DNA from: Tubiluchus corallicola
Lineage: Eukaryota > Animalia > Priapulida
Length of the DNA: 64,000 nt
Direction of reading: 5' to 3'
NCBI GenBank assembly: GCA_030141605.1
Contig: JAQGDQ010000263.1
Span: 182,793-246,792, forward strand
A program made the position numbers and the translations under genes. The notes beneath the pieces were generated by a model, which made no database searches, was not told where the DNA came from, and saw only the letters and a list, made by a program, of their open reading frames with translations. Numbering within the stretch: the stretch's first letter is position 1; every line of letters starts with the position of its first letter. Of the stretch, positions 1 to 13,482 are shown piece after piece.

Positions 1-530
1 TGGTCCACAAAATATTTGAAGATAGGCCCGACTGAGATAACTTACTGCAAGCTTGACTGACTGACTAACTGTAATACATGCAATATTAAATCTATAATAC
101 ACACACATATTTATATATATATATGGTCCACAAAATATTTGAAGATAGGCCCGACTGAGATAACTTACTGCAAGCTTGATATATATATAAATATGTGTGT
201 GTATTATAGATTTAATATTGCATGTATTACAGTTAGTGAGTCAGTCAAGCTTGCAGTAAGTTATCTCAGTCGGGCCTATCTTCAAATATTTTGTGGACCA
301 ATCTAGCATGAATTTTAATAACTTCTACATCTTGTGACGCATTTAAAAACACATTATATATATAATATAGATGTATAGATATATAGATGTTGCTGTGTTG
401 TATGCGCCTTTGTGCTTGAACCATTATACCACATATATTTGGTTTCTTTGTTCAGATGTGCAATCTTTTAAGTCGCTTTTCTCTGTCTTTTGTAATTTCT
501 TTCCTTAATGGTGCAATAAATATAAAGGTT
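1..530. mobile_element. Rearranged copy of the 41.9-42.3 kb LINE 3' end (direct and inverted segments)
   Basis: 1-75 matches 41999-42073; about 225-352 is the reverse complement of 41947-42073; 388-530 resembles 42105-42255. Confidence 0.8.
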
Positions 531-2297
531 ATATAAAGTCGTAGGCCAGTAATAGCAGCAACAAAAAAAATTGTCAATTGGTCCTTAATTTTGTTACTAA
601 TCCAATGAATAAATGGACCATACCATATCCAATCAAACTAATCAATGAAAACCGATATCGAAAAGGCACAAAGACACACCTACGTACATCTGATGAACAA
701 ATAACACAAAGACAAAATAAAAAAATACCAGTGAATGAACACTTCTATAGTTTTATTTACGGAGTAACCCTACGTTCCAAAAAAATCGTTGTTGTCGTTG
801 TGGTTTCACCAAACGACAGTGAAATAGCAGGCTTGCAAATAATACTTTGTTGTTTGTAAGAGATTCCCGTTAACTTGTTAGAGGTTTTGATAAGAAGTGA
901 CCGGAAATTGGCCGAGAACGTTTTACAGCCAAATCCTCTCGTCGTTTTCATATAGTTTATTTATAGGTTTGTAATACGAGAACTGCCTACACCAACACTG
1001 TTACCAAACTAACGAGGCCCATTTTTTACAGTTTACTGTTACAACTGATATTTTTACATTAAAATTACTTTAACTGCCACTTTAGTCTGCCAATGATTGG
1101 CAGGCACTTTACAAAACTCTGAAAGTTTTTCAACACTAGAGTTACGAACACAAGGTCTTTCCAGCTAAGGAGTTTTCTAGGGATGTGACACTCAATGGGA
1201 GGTGCTTGAAAGTTACCAAAGTGGATAGCAGGGGCACCGATTGGCAAAAGTTTCTCAGTCGATGAACTTTCAACAAGCAACGTTCCTGGTTCAAATCGTT
1301 ACGAAGGGGGAGACAAAATTTTGCGGAGCGTCTCTACAGCCTGAAATGTCTAGTTTAAACGAAGGAGAAAACGTTTGAGATAGGAAAAAAGAAGGGAAGG
1401 AAAGAAAAGAAAAAGAAACGCAAGAGACGGGGATGAGGAGTGAAAAGGGAAAGGAGATGAGAAGACAGCACCTACACTACAGTTGAGTGGAGAGGGAGGA
1501 AGGAAAAGCGAAGGAAAGGAAACGGAAGATGCTAACACAAAAAGGAAAAAAGAAAATATGAATAGTAATTTTGTAACCCAAAAATTTAGAACCCTGTAAC
1601 CTTCTAGCAATAAAACTCTGTGCAACCATTGAACCAATTTAGCTACAAGAAGTCAGCAACTTGATTAGCAATTAAAAATACGCTGCCGTCGTTAAAACTG
1701 AATTGTGCCGTGCAAAATGCTTGTCAACTTTTACTGAGTGGTCGTTGACAGAAGGTTATCTAGGACCACATTCCCGAGTGACTAGAAGTTGCTCTGCTCC
1801 AAGCGTTCTACGGTCAGCAATAATCACAGAACAGAGTAAAGATGCCCTCTAGCGGTTCTAGGGTCAGCAATAATCACAGCACAGAGTAAAGATGCCCTCT
1901 AGCGGACACGAGGACACCCATAAATATGTTACATAATGTTAAACCTGTGGCATGGAGACAGGTGCCAGGGAGCGTTTACCAAAGCAAGGAGTTGAAGGTT
2001 ACGGAGCTAACCTCCCCTAGCATCAGCTCCTGTTTCTGTTACGTGTAATAAGAGTTCCAAATCATAATAATTGCGAAATGCATTTTGGGTCTGAATCAAT
2101 CAATCAATCAACTTCCCATCAACTCCTATCCTTTTACTGTTACGTTTTGCTCTTATTGTTAATGCAACATTAGTTCAACATTTAGCAGGCAAAAAGTAAA
2201 CAATAACGGTCTTTCATCCACAGAGCTGCTTCTGTGTGGAAGTTTCATGAGGCGTTCACAATCCCCCGTCCACAATCCCAAACTGTGCGCGTGCGGC

Positions 2298-2298
<1 letters not shown>

Positions 2299-2329
<31 letters not shown>

Positions 2330-2446
2330 GAGGAGGGGGAGGGGGAGAGGGAGGGGGAGGGAGAGGGAGGGAGAGGAGGGAGGAGGGAGGGAGAGGGAGA
2401 GGGAGAGGGAGAGGGAGAGAGAGGAGGGAGGAGAGAGAGGGAGAGA
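2299..2446 (+). repeat. Polypurine (GA)n/GGGAGA tract
   Basis: Purine-only run of about 150 nt. Confidence 0.95.
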
Positions 2447-3085
2447 TGAGGTAGTATGTTCGCATAAAGCAAAGAAATGTTACCTTGGAGCGAGGCCCCG
2501 GGAAGTGCCCCCCCCCCCCCCCATGAAAGTACAAGTGCCTTCAAAGCCGAAATTTCACGCGGCTCTACATAAAAACCTCATTAAATTGCCATTTTTGAAG
2601 AATACATCACGTACACGCGTCCGATAGCCATGAAATTGTAAAAAACAACGCAGAGGTGATAATCTTCTACTTCACCTTGCTCTGAACAAGTCTAACACCT
2701 TATTTTTACTACACTGCTATAGTGAGTATAACAAGCTGATTGCAAAAAATACGGTAAACACTATAATTGCTTGTAAGGGTTAAGAGAACTTGGTAACTAC
2801 ATTTACGTAGTAACCTTGTAACTAGTATTAATGGTTGCATAATTAAATAATGCGCTCATATATCACACAGGAAGGATAACGCGTCACGGCTGCATATAAT
2901 AACGGAGAAATAACACGTTTTTTCTCATAGCATTGTTATTGTCGAAACTGTAAAAAATTGTCACACGCTCAGTTTGGCAGAGAAACGAGCGCTTTTGCTA
3001 GATTCTAATCGTACTCATCTCCGATGCGCTTACTTGAATCATAAATATGCGACTGTTAATAATTCAATCTCAGCATTTCCATGTA

Positions 3086-3557
3086 CCGTATATACTTACG
3101 TACAAGTCGGATTTTTGGGAGGCGATTTTAGGGTGAGATTTTTGGGGTCGACTTATACTTACGGTATGTTTTGGGAGATGTCGCAAAGAGTCGTCTAGAA
3201 CACGAATTTCTAAAGAAATAATCCTTCATTATATGCTGGACTGAATGAACACTCATGCTGTGATACTTCACATCAGAGAATGTTCGCATCTCGACATTAC
3301 TTCACAAAATTAACAAATATTACTGTAATTTATTTTAATGTATGTGAAATTAAGTTAAAATTTATATATTACTGTTAAATAAACTAGCGACGGAGTACTC
3401 GATCAGAACATGGAAATCGCCAATGTTGTGACGGTGCTGCAGATCCTTTACTCTGGAAGATCTTAATATTTTATGGTCGACTTGTACAAGGTAATATATA
3501 AAATGATGCAATTTTTAGTCTTAAAATGCACATCGACTTGTACACACGTATATACGG
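3086..3557. mobile_element. pogo/Tc1-mariner-like MITE
   Basis: TIR CCGTATATAC..GTACAAGTCG / CGACTTGTAC..GTATATACGG, preceded by TA; internal GTCGACTT repeats. Confidence 0.65.
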
Positions 3558-4850
3558 AAATTACAGGCCTATATGGAGTACACATCACCTACATTAATTA
3601 CAACTATATATATAAGCACAGTATATTCTGTCAAGCAGTAATGGACCCACTAGGCCTAAAAGTTTAACACAAGTAGGCAGCTTGTGTAATTTTAATACTT
3701 CTTTCTAATTATTTTAATTATAAACTATTTAAGCAAGAAAATTTTTCCATCATGGCGCTCTTGCTTATGGTTACTTTAATGGTTATTTTTACATGAATCA
3801 AATTTCAATTCTTTCCTATTCTTATTACTAAAATTGCCATTTTCCATTCTGAAACATATAAGCTTAGATTTCCAGGCAAAAAGAAGCCGTGTAGCTTTTG
3901 GGTTTTAGTTGTTCAACAACAACACATAAAAGAAAAAATTCTAGTAACTTTCCACTATTTTGAGACAGCAAAACGTAGATTGCATTAAGTTGAAGAAACA
4001 GGACGCTTACTGACCTTGCGCTCACATTACGACACTGAAAAAACGTAAAAACTATGGAACAAAGAAAATTCAATATTGACAAAGGCACTTGGATGTTTGG
4101 TCAGATGATAGCACGGCTAGCTAAAGTCTGCTGATCAAACAAAGTTGACGCAGGTAAGGGCAACTGATTCTCATAAAGATCAAAAGAGCAGCCACTCTCA
4201 AATAATGAGAAAAAATTCGACTATTTTATCTCGCAAAATGAAATAGCGTTGCGTACTCATTATGCTGTTGTTGAATACAATGGTTAGGACAGGTATGCCA
4301 CTCGACAAACGATCACTGTCCATTCAGAACCTGTTTAATTAATGTGCGGAATTTGGAAAATGTTGAAAATGATTTTTTTACCGCTGGCTAGTAAGTTGTG
4401 CAAGGGATAAGTAGTTTTCCTTGTGGAAAAGCGGGAAAAAGTCAAGGTCGGGAGTGTGAGAACAAAGTTCCATTAATGGCTGATTAAATTTTATAAAATA
4501 GGATAACAGCAACATTAAGTATGTGAAATACGAATACTGACATATTTAACTTTATATCACTATAAAAAAATCTCATTTTTCGATAGATAACAAGAAAGCC
4601 TTGTAGCTATTTTCCAACTGTCGGATATGATAATCATCACGAAAGCTTATTTAGGTAAACACTGCAATACTGAGACGAAGTTCTTTCCTCTGCTGCATAC
4701 TGTTCTGAAGACTTTTGGGTAAGTTCTAAACTTGGCAAACTTAATCACGATTTGGGGGTCTTCTAATACTTGTCTGACATATGTACATGTCACACATGGA
4801 CTCGTAAAGAAACGTAATACCAATAGATATACAAAAGGACGGTTATTTAA

Positions 4851-5396
4851 AGGAAAACCGGATGATTGTGTAAACATTAGTTCCGAATAAAGAATACTCT
4901 AAAATACTGAAAACTACAAAAGCTTTTTTATAAATCAAACCTTAGATTAAATAATAATTACCTCGGATAGTCAAATTTCGTTAAACTTTCAAAGCTACGC
5001 GCGGCTCAATGAATCTACTAAGATTGGCAGTGGCACCTTTTTGTCACATTCGCGTGGCCGACAAATAGACGGCGGTGCCGTGATAACCATGTCGTGAACT
5101 ACGGTGTTAGTTTCTGACGTCATAAGATGTAACGCCCATTTTTCGTGACATAAAGCGTTTAAACAGTACTGTAACACTTACGCAAATGTGCTTGACGCGC
5201 AAGGCGCAAGGGAAGATGCCTGCCATTGCACAAACTGTGGTTAGTTTCTGACGTAAGCAATAGCTGTGCTTGGTTGCCGTTAATTAACTTTATAAGCTAA
5301 TTATTCAAATATAAATAACAATTGTTAACTTTTATAGGCAAGAAAAGGACAGTAAATTAAAATGAGATTGAGTCTAAACAATCGTCCGGTCTTCCT
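4851..5396 (+). mobile_element. Non-autonomous Kolobok-like DNA transposon (family K1), 546 bp
   Basis: TTAA on both sides; imperfect 19-bp TIR AGGAAAACCGGATGATTGT/ACAATCGTCCGGTCTTCCT; five copies in the window. Confidence 0.85.
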
Positions 5397-6368
5397 TTAA
5401 TGTTGGAGTATATAAACCGATGTTTGAATCAGTTTTATTGTTTAGGTGAGCTGGAGTTTGCCATCTTACCATTACTGAGGTTTTTATTTTGCTTTAAATT
5501 TAGCCAATGATTTAATTTGCTTATTTTCCAGTGATAAAACTCTCTCCAAAAACGAAGTCCGCGTTCCATAACGATTACTGATTTTCATCCGAAGATCTAA
5601 ATTCACAGTTTGGAATTTGAAAGTGTTGAGTTTAGGCCACTTACACAAATATTAATGAACTATTTAATTACGATGCTAAGCACAAATAGCAAGGAAATTC
5701 CGTATAATGTACACACTTGAACGACAGTGGCTAAAATCATGTGAACTTCAGAAAATGAGATAATAAAAGGAAGTTTATTTTGAACTCCTGTACAACTTTA
5801 ATTATTTAGATAAGCAGTGTTTAACAACCCCCTCTGTCAAATCTTTACGTTTTCTTCCGGCGCAGTGCACTTTTGCTAGAGATTAATTCTTAAAGCTGAT
5901 GAATCTCACTTTCAAGTGATTTTAAAAGTTCATTGGTATCATAAGAAATTTTGATAAATTACTTGATCAAACAAACGAATTTTCTAAGCTTCGCATCTTC
6001 TTGTTTGGCCACGCCCCACGTGTAAAGTCAGTAAACTCTGGCAACGTTTATCTGATTATAATAAAGACGTTTTATAAACTTATATAAATTTTATATAGAT
6101 TCTTAATTTACTGAGGACGAGTGAAAGCCACGCAAGAATTTCCAGGCGTCTGGGATAATCTGCTGAAATCCTGTTTTAAAAAATGAACGTGAAATTCTGC
6201 AAATAATTAAGATAAAATTCAAGCATTTTAAGCTGCTAAAACTTGCTTAATGCGTTGCTGTTAAATAGCCAAGGTAAAATCAATTATACTCTTTGCTGAA
6301 AACGATAAATTCATATCGCTTTTCATTGTGAAATTGCGCGAAAGCCTTTAAATTTAAAAAGAAAAGAA

Positions 6369-6631
6369 CAATTCACTCAGTACGTTGGGTTTATTTTACT
6401 GTTATCACTTAAACTGTTTGTGGTGTGCTAAAGGAAAGAACAAGTCGCTCAGTATGTTGGATGTATTTTACTGTTATCACTTAAACTGTTTGTGGTGTGC
6501 TAAAGGAAAGAACAAGTCACTCTGTATGTTGGATTTATTTTACTGTTATCACTTAAACTGCTTGTGGTGTGCTAAAGGAAAGAACAAGTCACTCAGTATG
6601 TTGGACTTATTTTACTGTTATCACTTAAACT
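6369..6631. repeat. 72-bp tandem repeat, ~3.6 copies
   Basis: aacaagtcactcagtatgttggatttattttactgttatcacttaaactgtttgtggtgtgctaaaggaaag. Confidence 0.9.
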
Positions 6632-7757
6632 TAGAAAAATATAGCAAAGAAATTTGTAAAAAAAACTTCTATAAAGCGTAAATCTAAAATACACAGCCTC
6701 TGAATAGTAATTTTCAAGCGTGGTGGTTGCCGCCATTCGTTTGAAAATTATGACGTAAATGGGGGACTTCGTGGCTTTTCGTAAGCGCATCGTGGCTTTC
6801 CGTGAGCGCTCGCTGCTTAAACTAATTCAAACTTTTGCAGTTTACCTAATATTCAGGCAAAAATATTGCAAAATTAGTTATCTAATCTTCTTGCAAAAAG
6901 TTATTATACTTTTGACGGAGATTGACAGCGCACTATTTTTCTCTAGGATGAATGACGTCAGTGGAAGAAAAATGGGCGTTCAAGATGGCAGCGACCAAGC
7001 ACGAAGTGACCGCGACTTTAAAGTGATTTTACTAATTACACGAGACGCTTATTGCGGTTTTATTACTAAATCCTTCTAGCATTTTTTGCAAACAGAAATA
7101 AGCCTAACTTCCCAGAATGGTTGACCTTTACTTTAACTGCTGGTTTATAATTATTAAAATTATAATTAATTATATTATAAAAAATTAAGTTAAATTAAAC
7201 CACGTGAACGTCGACGCATGCTGCGCAAAAGGCGGTAAGAGCAAACAGTCTGCATAACTTTAGACAGTACACATTCTCATGTGCACCATAAGTAGAATTT
7301 CAACGCAGAAGTCCAAATTCACCCGTTATTTACTTTATATAAGTACATTATTTTGCCTAAAATGAAATTAAACCATAATCCATTAATTAAAAATTTTAAA
7401 CAGACACGAAATACATGAGATTTGTTTAAAAAGCACCTTAGACTGAAAATCGGTATTATAATAAGTAATGAATATATTACTAGTGTTGGCCTAAAGTCTA
7501 GGCAAGAGGTTCCCTTTGTAAGAAACGTCAGCAAATTCCATGACGACAAGAATTAATAGTTTAAATGTCATTAGCTAGTGTGCTGTAGAATTAAAGACGT
7601 CCTTCTGTATAGCATTACTACAGCAATTCATAAACGGACAAAGTGACATTTGCAGCAAAATTCTTTCATCATTGTACAGCCAAAAATGTGAACACGTGGA
7701 AAATGTGGAAAGCTGAACTAGCAAAAAATTGTCTAGGCTTCTTTAGGAACTTACAGA

Positions 7758-7828
7758 CAGGGCCTATTTCAGCCTAAGCGAGCCCCGGGGAAGTATCCCC
7801 ACTCCCCCCCCCCCTGAAATAGGCCCTG
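7758..7828. mobile_element. 71-bp hAT-type MITE
   Basis: Perfect 15-bp TIR CAGGGCCTATTTCAG/CTGAAATAGGCCCTG; 8-bp TSD cttacaga/cttgcaga. Confidence 0.8.
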
Positions 7829-8093
7829 CTTGCAGACCCACGTATAAAACGATTTTGCTGTTGCGTGCAAACACATGAAGCAGACAAGGGGCTAAGCAAA
7901 ATGTGTAAAAAACCTGCATACTTTACAGTAACTATTACTGCCCAATTACAATCACCTTTCAGGCAAATCGAAATAGGAAGTTGAATTAAAAACGGAAGTC
8001 AGCAAATCGAATTAATAAATCGACTTTAAGCAGCTAAATGATAACACTAACACATTAGACGGGCGGGCGGCAAGCGGCATTTTAGCTTAAAAG

Positions 8094-8393
8094 TGTTTAG
8101 ACTCAATCTCATTTTAATTTACTGTCCAAAAAATACATTTTCTTGCCTATAAAAGTTAACAATTGTTCCTTATATTTGAATAATTAGCTTAGAAGGTTAA
8201 TTAACGGCAACCGAACACAGCTATTGCTTACGTCGGAAACTAACCACAGTTTATGCAATGGCAGGAGTCTTCCCTTGTGCATCAAGCACATTTGCATAAG
8301 TGTTACAGTACTGTTTAAACGCGTGATGTCACGAAAAATGGGCTCTACATCATATGACATCAGAAACTAACACAGCAGTTCATCCGGTTTTCC
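8094..8393 (-). mobile_element. Partial, internally deleted K1 copy
   Basis: Reverse complement of about 5100-5381, joined directly to the CCGGTTTTCCT terminus. Confidence 0.8.
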
Positions 8394-8726
8394 TTCAACT
8401 AAAAAACTGGAGTAATTGATAACAAAATTATTTTTCGTATTTTTAGAAAAAAACTTGCAAGGCATGGAAACCATTCGTGATCTTCTCCTTTACCAAATTT
8501 TCAACAATAATTATCGGACTAATGAGCGAAGTCACACACATGAAAACAGGTCACAATGTGAACGCTAGCTATTAGAGTGCGTATATACGCTAGCCGTGAC
8601 TGTGTGGCGCCATCTGTTAGCAGAAATATATATGAATTGGTCGGTCTTAAACTATGCCGCAAATCAACCATATCAATGCCAGGCCAAACAACAAGTTACA
8701 AGACACTGGAATTAACACACCAGCAA

Positions 8727-9283
8727 ATCAGAGCCTGTGATCAAAACAACTACCAGAAATTCAGAGCCTATGGTCAAAACAACTACCAGAAATTCGGAGC
8801 CTATGATCAAAACAAATACCAGAAATTCAGAGCCTATGATCAAAACAACTACCAGAAATTCAGAGCCTATGATCAAAACAACTACCAGAAATTCAAGCTT
8901 GTAATCAAAACAACTACCAGAAATTCAGAGCCTATGATCAAAACAACTACCACAAATTCAGAGCCTGCGATCAAAACAACTACCAGAAATTCAGAGCCTA
9001 TGATCAAAACAACTACCAGAAATTCAGAGCCTATGATCAAAACAAATACCAGAAATTCAGAGCCTGTGATCAAAACAAATACCAGAAATTCAGAGCCTGT
9101 GATCAAAACAACTACCAGAAATTCAGGGCCTGTGATCAAAACAACTACCAGAAATTCAGAACCTGTCATCAAAACAACTACCAGAAATTCAGGCTTGTAA
9201 TAAAAAAAAACTACCAGAAATTCAGGCTTGTAAACAAAACAACTACCAGAAATTCAGAGCCTGTGATCTCAAAACAAATACCA
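8727..9283. repeat. 33-bp minisatellite, ~17 copies
   Basis: accagaaattcagagcctatgatcaaaacaact. Confidence 0.95.
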
Positions 9284-9525
9284 GCTAGTCATCGAGCTGA
9301 AAATTAGGCGGAGTTGAAGAACATTTGCACCCTTTACTAAGAAGAAATCCTAACAAGTATGTATCCAGTAGCGCCATCTGGTGCTAAATTATAATATTAA
9401 GCCTTATATCATAATATAATACGACAGTAAATATTTTCTTCATTATATAATCTAATACCAACAAAGATCATATAACCAGAAATTCATATCATGTAATAAT
9501 TATCATAAAATTTCGTGTAACATAC

Positions 9526-9643
9526 CGGTACGTAGTACAGCGATGGCAGAGAATAGGATGCAGATTTTTCCTGACAGTGTTGTATTAAAGCCTCATCCTC
9601 TTCTAATTTCTCAATTAAATGGCTGCAATATTCAAACAGTACG
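9526..9643 (-). CDS. Exon of DH/RhoGEF-like gene (VLFEYCSHLIEKLEEDEALIQHCQEKSASYSLPSLYYVP), reaching DH CR3
   Basis: cattttag acceptor, CCG|gtatgt donor, 118 nt phase 2->0; SLPSLYYVP aligns with DH L.L.SLLIKP. Confidence 0.7.
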
Positions 9644-10010
9644 CTAAAATGCATGAAAAACTGATCACACATTTCACTTTGATATAAATGGCATCAGTGA
9701 CAAAAACCAAAAAAAAAGGATTGAAGATTTATTAACAGAAAAATTGATTAATTGAGTGGTCACACGTGCAACAACAAGTACATAAGTGTATAAGTAGGCT
9801 AGACATTAAGCTTCAGGCAAATATAACTTTGGGAGTACTTACACGCCCAATTATACGCAAAGTCTCGAAACGAAATTAAAATAGACTTTTCAAGAATTGA
9901 AGAGGGCCTTTGTGCATTGCAGTCAAAGGCTAGTTCAATTAACATAAAAATTGATTTTACTATATTTATAAAACACTCAAAACTAATAAAAAAATATGAA
10001 AAAAATTTAC

Positions 10011-10083
10011 CACCAAGCGTCTTTTACGCCAATCTCAATGTACGTCCTACATTGTGGCAGAAGGTCACGGAGTATCAAATCAC
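10011..10083 (-). CDS. Exon of DH/RhoGEF-like gene (GDLILRDLLPQCRTYIEIGVKDAW); an alternative donor would end it at 10044
   Basis: atttttgtgcag acceptor; two donors both give phase 1->2 (AC|gtacat at 10044, TG|gtaaat at 10011). Confidence 0.6.
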
Positions 10084-10339
10084 CTGCACAAAAATATCTA
10101 GAATAAATAATCAAACGCAAATGGCTTTTTAATTTCAAACTGAATAATGAATTTTAGCTTCACAGATTGAATTGGATATAAACATCATCTTAGGTGCTTC
10201 CGTTATGCAACGCAGCATCAGCACCACACGTAATTTGATGACATGTTCCCCGATCTGCTGACACATGACAAGTATTCATGTCATTTAAGTCAAGTGGAGT
10301 ATTTAATAAAACTTTCTTCAGAACATCTAAATATGTGAT

Positions 10340-11897
10340 CAGCTGTCCTCCTCTTGGTTCCCTCCCAGGTATTAGTGTTTGATGTAATGCAGTAGTAAGT
10401 GGAGAATCTTGTGGTAATCTGATGACATGTCCAATCCAGATGTCCTCCTCTTGGTTTCCTCCCAGGTATTAGTGCTTGATGTAATGCTGTAGAAAGGTGG
10501 AGAATCATGTGGTAATCTGACGACATGTTCAATCCAGCTGTCCTCCTCTTGGTTTCCTCCCAGGTATTAGTGCTTGATGTAATGTTGTAGTAAGTGGAGA
10601 ATCCTATGGTAGTCTGATGACATGTCCAATCCGGATATCCTCCTCTTGGTTTCCTCCCAGATATTAGTGCTTGGTGTAATGCTGTAGTAAGGTGGAGAAT
10701 CATGTGGTAATCTGACGACATGTCCAATCCAGCTGTCCTCCTCTTGGTTTCCTCCCAGGTATTAGTGCTTGATGTAATGCTGTAGTAAGTGGAGAATCTT
10801 GTGGTAATCTGATGACATGTCCAATCCAGCTGTCCTCCTCTTGGTTTCCTCCCAGGTGTTAATGCTTGATGTAACGCTGTAGTAAGGGAGAATCCTGTGG
10901 TAATCTGATGACATGTCCAATCCAGCTGTCCTCCTCTTGGTTTCCTCCCAGATATTAGTGCTTGGTGTAATGCTGTAGTAAGGTGGAGAATCATGTGGTA
11001 ATCTGACGACATGTTCAATCCAGCTGTCCTCCTCTTGGTTTCTTCCCAGGTATTAGTGCTTGATGTAATGCTGTAGTAAGTGGAGAATCCTATGGTAATC
11101 TGATGACATGTCCAATCCGGATGTCCTCCTCTTGGTTCCCTCCCAGGTATTAGTGCTTGATGTAATGCTGTAGAAGGTCCAGAATCCTGGGGTAATCTGA
11201 TGACGTGTTCAATCCAGCTGTCCTCCTCTTGGTTTCCTCCCAGGTGTTAGTGCTTGGTGTAATGTTGCAGTAAGTGGAGAATCATGTGGTAATCTGATGA
11301 CATGTCCAATCCAGCTGTCCTCCTCTTGGTTTCCTCCCAGGTATTAGTGCTTGATGTAATGCTGTAGTAAGTGGAGAATCCTATGGTAATCTGATGACAT
11401 GTCCAATCCAGATGTTTTCCTCTTGGTTTTCTTCCAGGTATTAGTGCTTGGTGTAATGCTGTAGTAAGGTGGAGAATCCTGTGATAATCTGATGACATGT
11501 CCAATCTGGATGTCCTCCTCTTGGTTTCCTCCCAGGTATTAGTGCTTGGTGTAATGCTGTAGTAAGGTGGAGAATCATGTGGTAATGTGATGACATGTCC
11601 AACCCAGCTGTCCTCCTCTTCGTATCCTCCCAGGTGTTAGTGCTTGATGTAATGCTGTAGTAAGTGGAGAATCCTGTGGTAATCTGATGACGTGTCCACT
11701 CCAGCTGTCCTCCTCTTGGTTTTCTCCCAGGTATTAGTGCTTGATGTGATGCAGTAGTAAGTGGAGAATCCTGTGGTAATCTGTTGACATGTTCAATCCA
11801 GCTGTCCTCCTCTTGGTTTCCTCCCAGGTATTAGTACTTGATGAAATGCTGTAGAAGGTCCAGAATCCTGTGGTAATCTGTTGACATGTTCAATCCA
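10340..11897. repeat. 97/98-bp minisatellite, ~16 copies, inside the RTE ORF
   Basis: Unit on the minus strand encodes WIGHVIRLPQDSPLTTALHQALIPGRKPRGGQ. Confidence 0.95.
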
Positions 11898-12418
11898 TCT
11901 AAGACGATGCTTTTGTATGACCTCACTCCATTCTTTCTACAACGTTAAATCATGTAGATCCTAATTTGAGATTTTCATTTTCAATTTTTTAGCCAGCATC
12001 TTTCTGTACAGACGTCTTTGGAAGGCATTGATCTCATTCTTCTTTGTCAGTCCAGAATTATATAAGAATACAGGCTCTACAAGTGAAGACAGAATCTGTG
12101 GTTTAGTTTCTACGGTAAGCTTCGAAATTAGGTATAAGCAGCGTCTCCAGAAAATTGCAACAGTTGGGAAGAGGAGATTAAATTCCCCAGGAAAAATTTC
12201 CATTTGATTCATCGTATTCACCAGCTCTAGTAATTCAAAACCTAGACTTACCTACATGCCAATACTATCTGCTATGTAAATTCATCAACATATTAACATT
12301 ATAACTTTATTCCCTAGTCAGTTTGATCACATGAAAACTGAAATTTGAACTCTGACTGGCAACTGCTATCATAAGAACGTTCTTCCACTGCAAATTTTGC
12401 TATCTTCATCGGTATCTT

Positions 12419-12919
12419 TTTTCTCATCTGACGGTTCTGACCACTAGGTGTAGACACTGTTGCAGAAGCTTTCTCATCTGACCACTAGGTGTAGACACTA
12501 TTGCAGAAGCTTTCTCATCGTCCACTAGGTGTAGACACTGTTGCAGAAGCTATCTCATCTGACCACTAGGTGAACACAAAGTTGCAGAAGCTTTCTCATC
12601 TGACCACTAGGTGAACACAAAGTTGCAGAAGCTTTCTCATCTGACCAGTAGGTGAAGATAAAGTTGCAGAAGCTTTCTCATCTGACCACTAGGTGAAGAC
12701 AAAGTTGCAGAAGCTTTCTCATCTGACCAGTAGGTGAACACACTGTTTCACAAGCTTTCTCATCTGACCACTAGGTGAAGAAAAAGTTGCAGAAGCTTTC
12801 TCATCTGACCACTTGGTGAACACAAAGTTGCAGAAGCTTTCTCATCTGACCAGTAGGTGAAGACACTGTTTCAGAAGCTTTCTCATCTGACCACTAGGTG
12901 AACACAAAGTTGCAGAAGT
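12419..12919. repeat. 41-bp minisatellite, ~12 copies
   Basis: gttgcagaagctttctcatctgaccactaggtgaacacaaa. Confidence 0.95.
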
Positions 12920-13436
12920 AATACATGTAAGCCATCTCGCTTAAGAATGACACCAATTCAGAAACAGCCCACTGTCACTTGCATTCTAGATCCTCAATCT
13001 TTAAGAAAACTAAGGTAACTCTAAAATTAGATATAATATAGTCGCTTTTTTCGGTTTTTTTAAATAAATCCTTTTTGTGGTTAAAAAATTTGATGAATTA
13101 GTGTGACGATTCATCAAACTCAAACCATACTCAAAACTGTTCTCTCTTCCTAATCGATCTTATTTGAATAAGTTGTGCCAATAACCATGATTCCACGATT
13201 TATGACATTCACATTTACACATACAACCAGATATCTGTTTTCTCAATAAAAAGAACGCTTTCAGATTTCTAGTAAACAAACAGGCTAGCCTGTAGAACAA
13301 CATGATTCACACAGAACAGCTGAAAGCAGAATGAAGGCAATAACAAAATGAAAATGGTCGTTTCTCAAAGGCGTTCTTGGAGCTATTGCTTTTCTTATAC
13401 ATCTATGGAAATTTTTCATTGAAAGGTGAAACTTAC

Positions 13437-13482
13437 CTAGAGTTGTAACTGCCGAGTCCCAGTTTGCCAAAAGTGTTTCAAC
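13437..13482 (-). CDS. Exon of DH/RhoGEF-like gene (VETLLANWDSAVTTLG)
   Basis: tctttttcag acceptor, TAG|gtaagt donor, 46 nt phase 0->1; joins to give FLQKVETLLANWDSAVTTLGD, a typical DH 'LE..L..W....LGD' segment. Confidence 0.75.

Larger units (their letters stand above)
10165..12960 (-). mobile_element. Decayed RTE-clade LINE 3' portion containing two internal minisatellites
   Basis: Translates as LVEPVFLYNS...INAFQRRLYRKML...KISN...WSEVIQKHRLRWIEHVNRLP...PGRKPRGG...ITYLDVL...ADRE. Confidence 0.8.

Noticed and set aside
8577-9200. 207-aa mucin-like repetitive ORF
   Set aside because: Arises from a 33-bp minisatellite open in several frames, with frame-shifting 32-bp units; no signal peptide or splice support
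1-9525. Next DH exon (expected to read like VQR..Y..LL)
   Set aside because: Candidate acceptor/donor pairs near 6110-6170, 4010-4035 and 4650-4800 do not give DH-like sequence; the exon is probably outside the window
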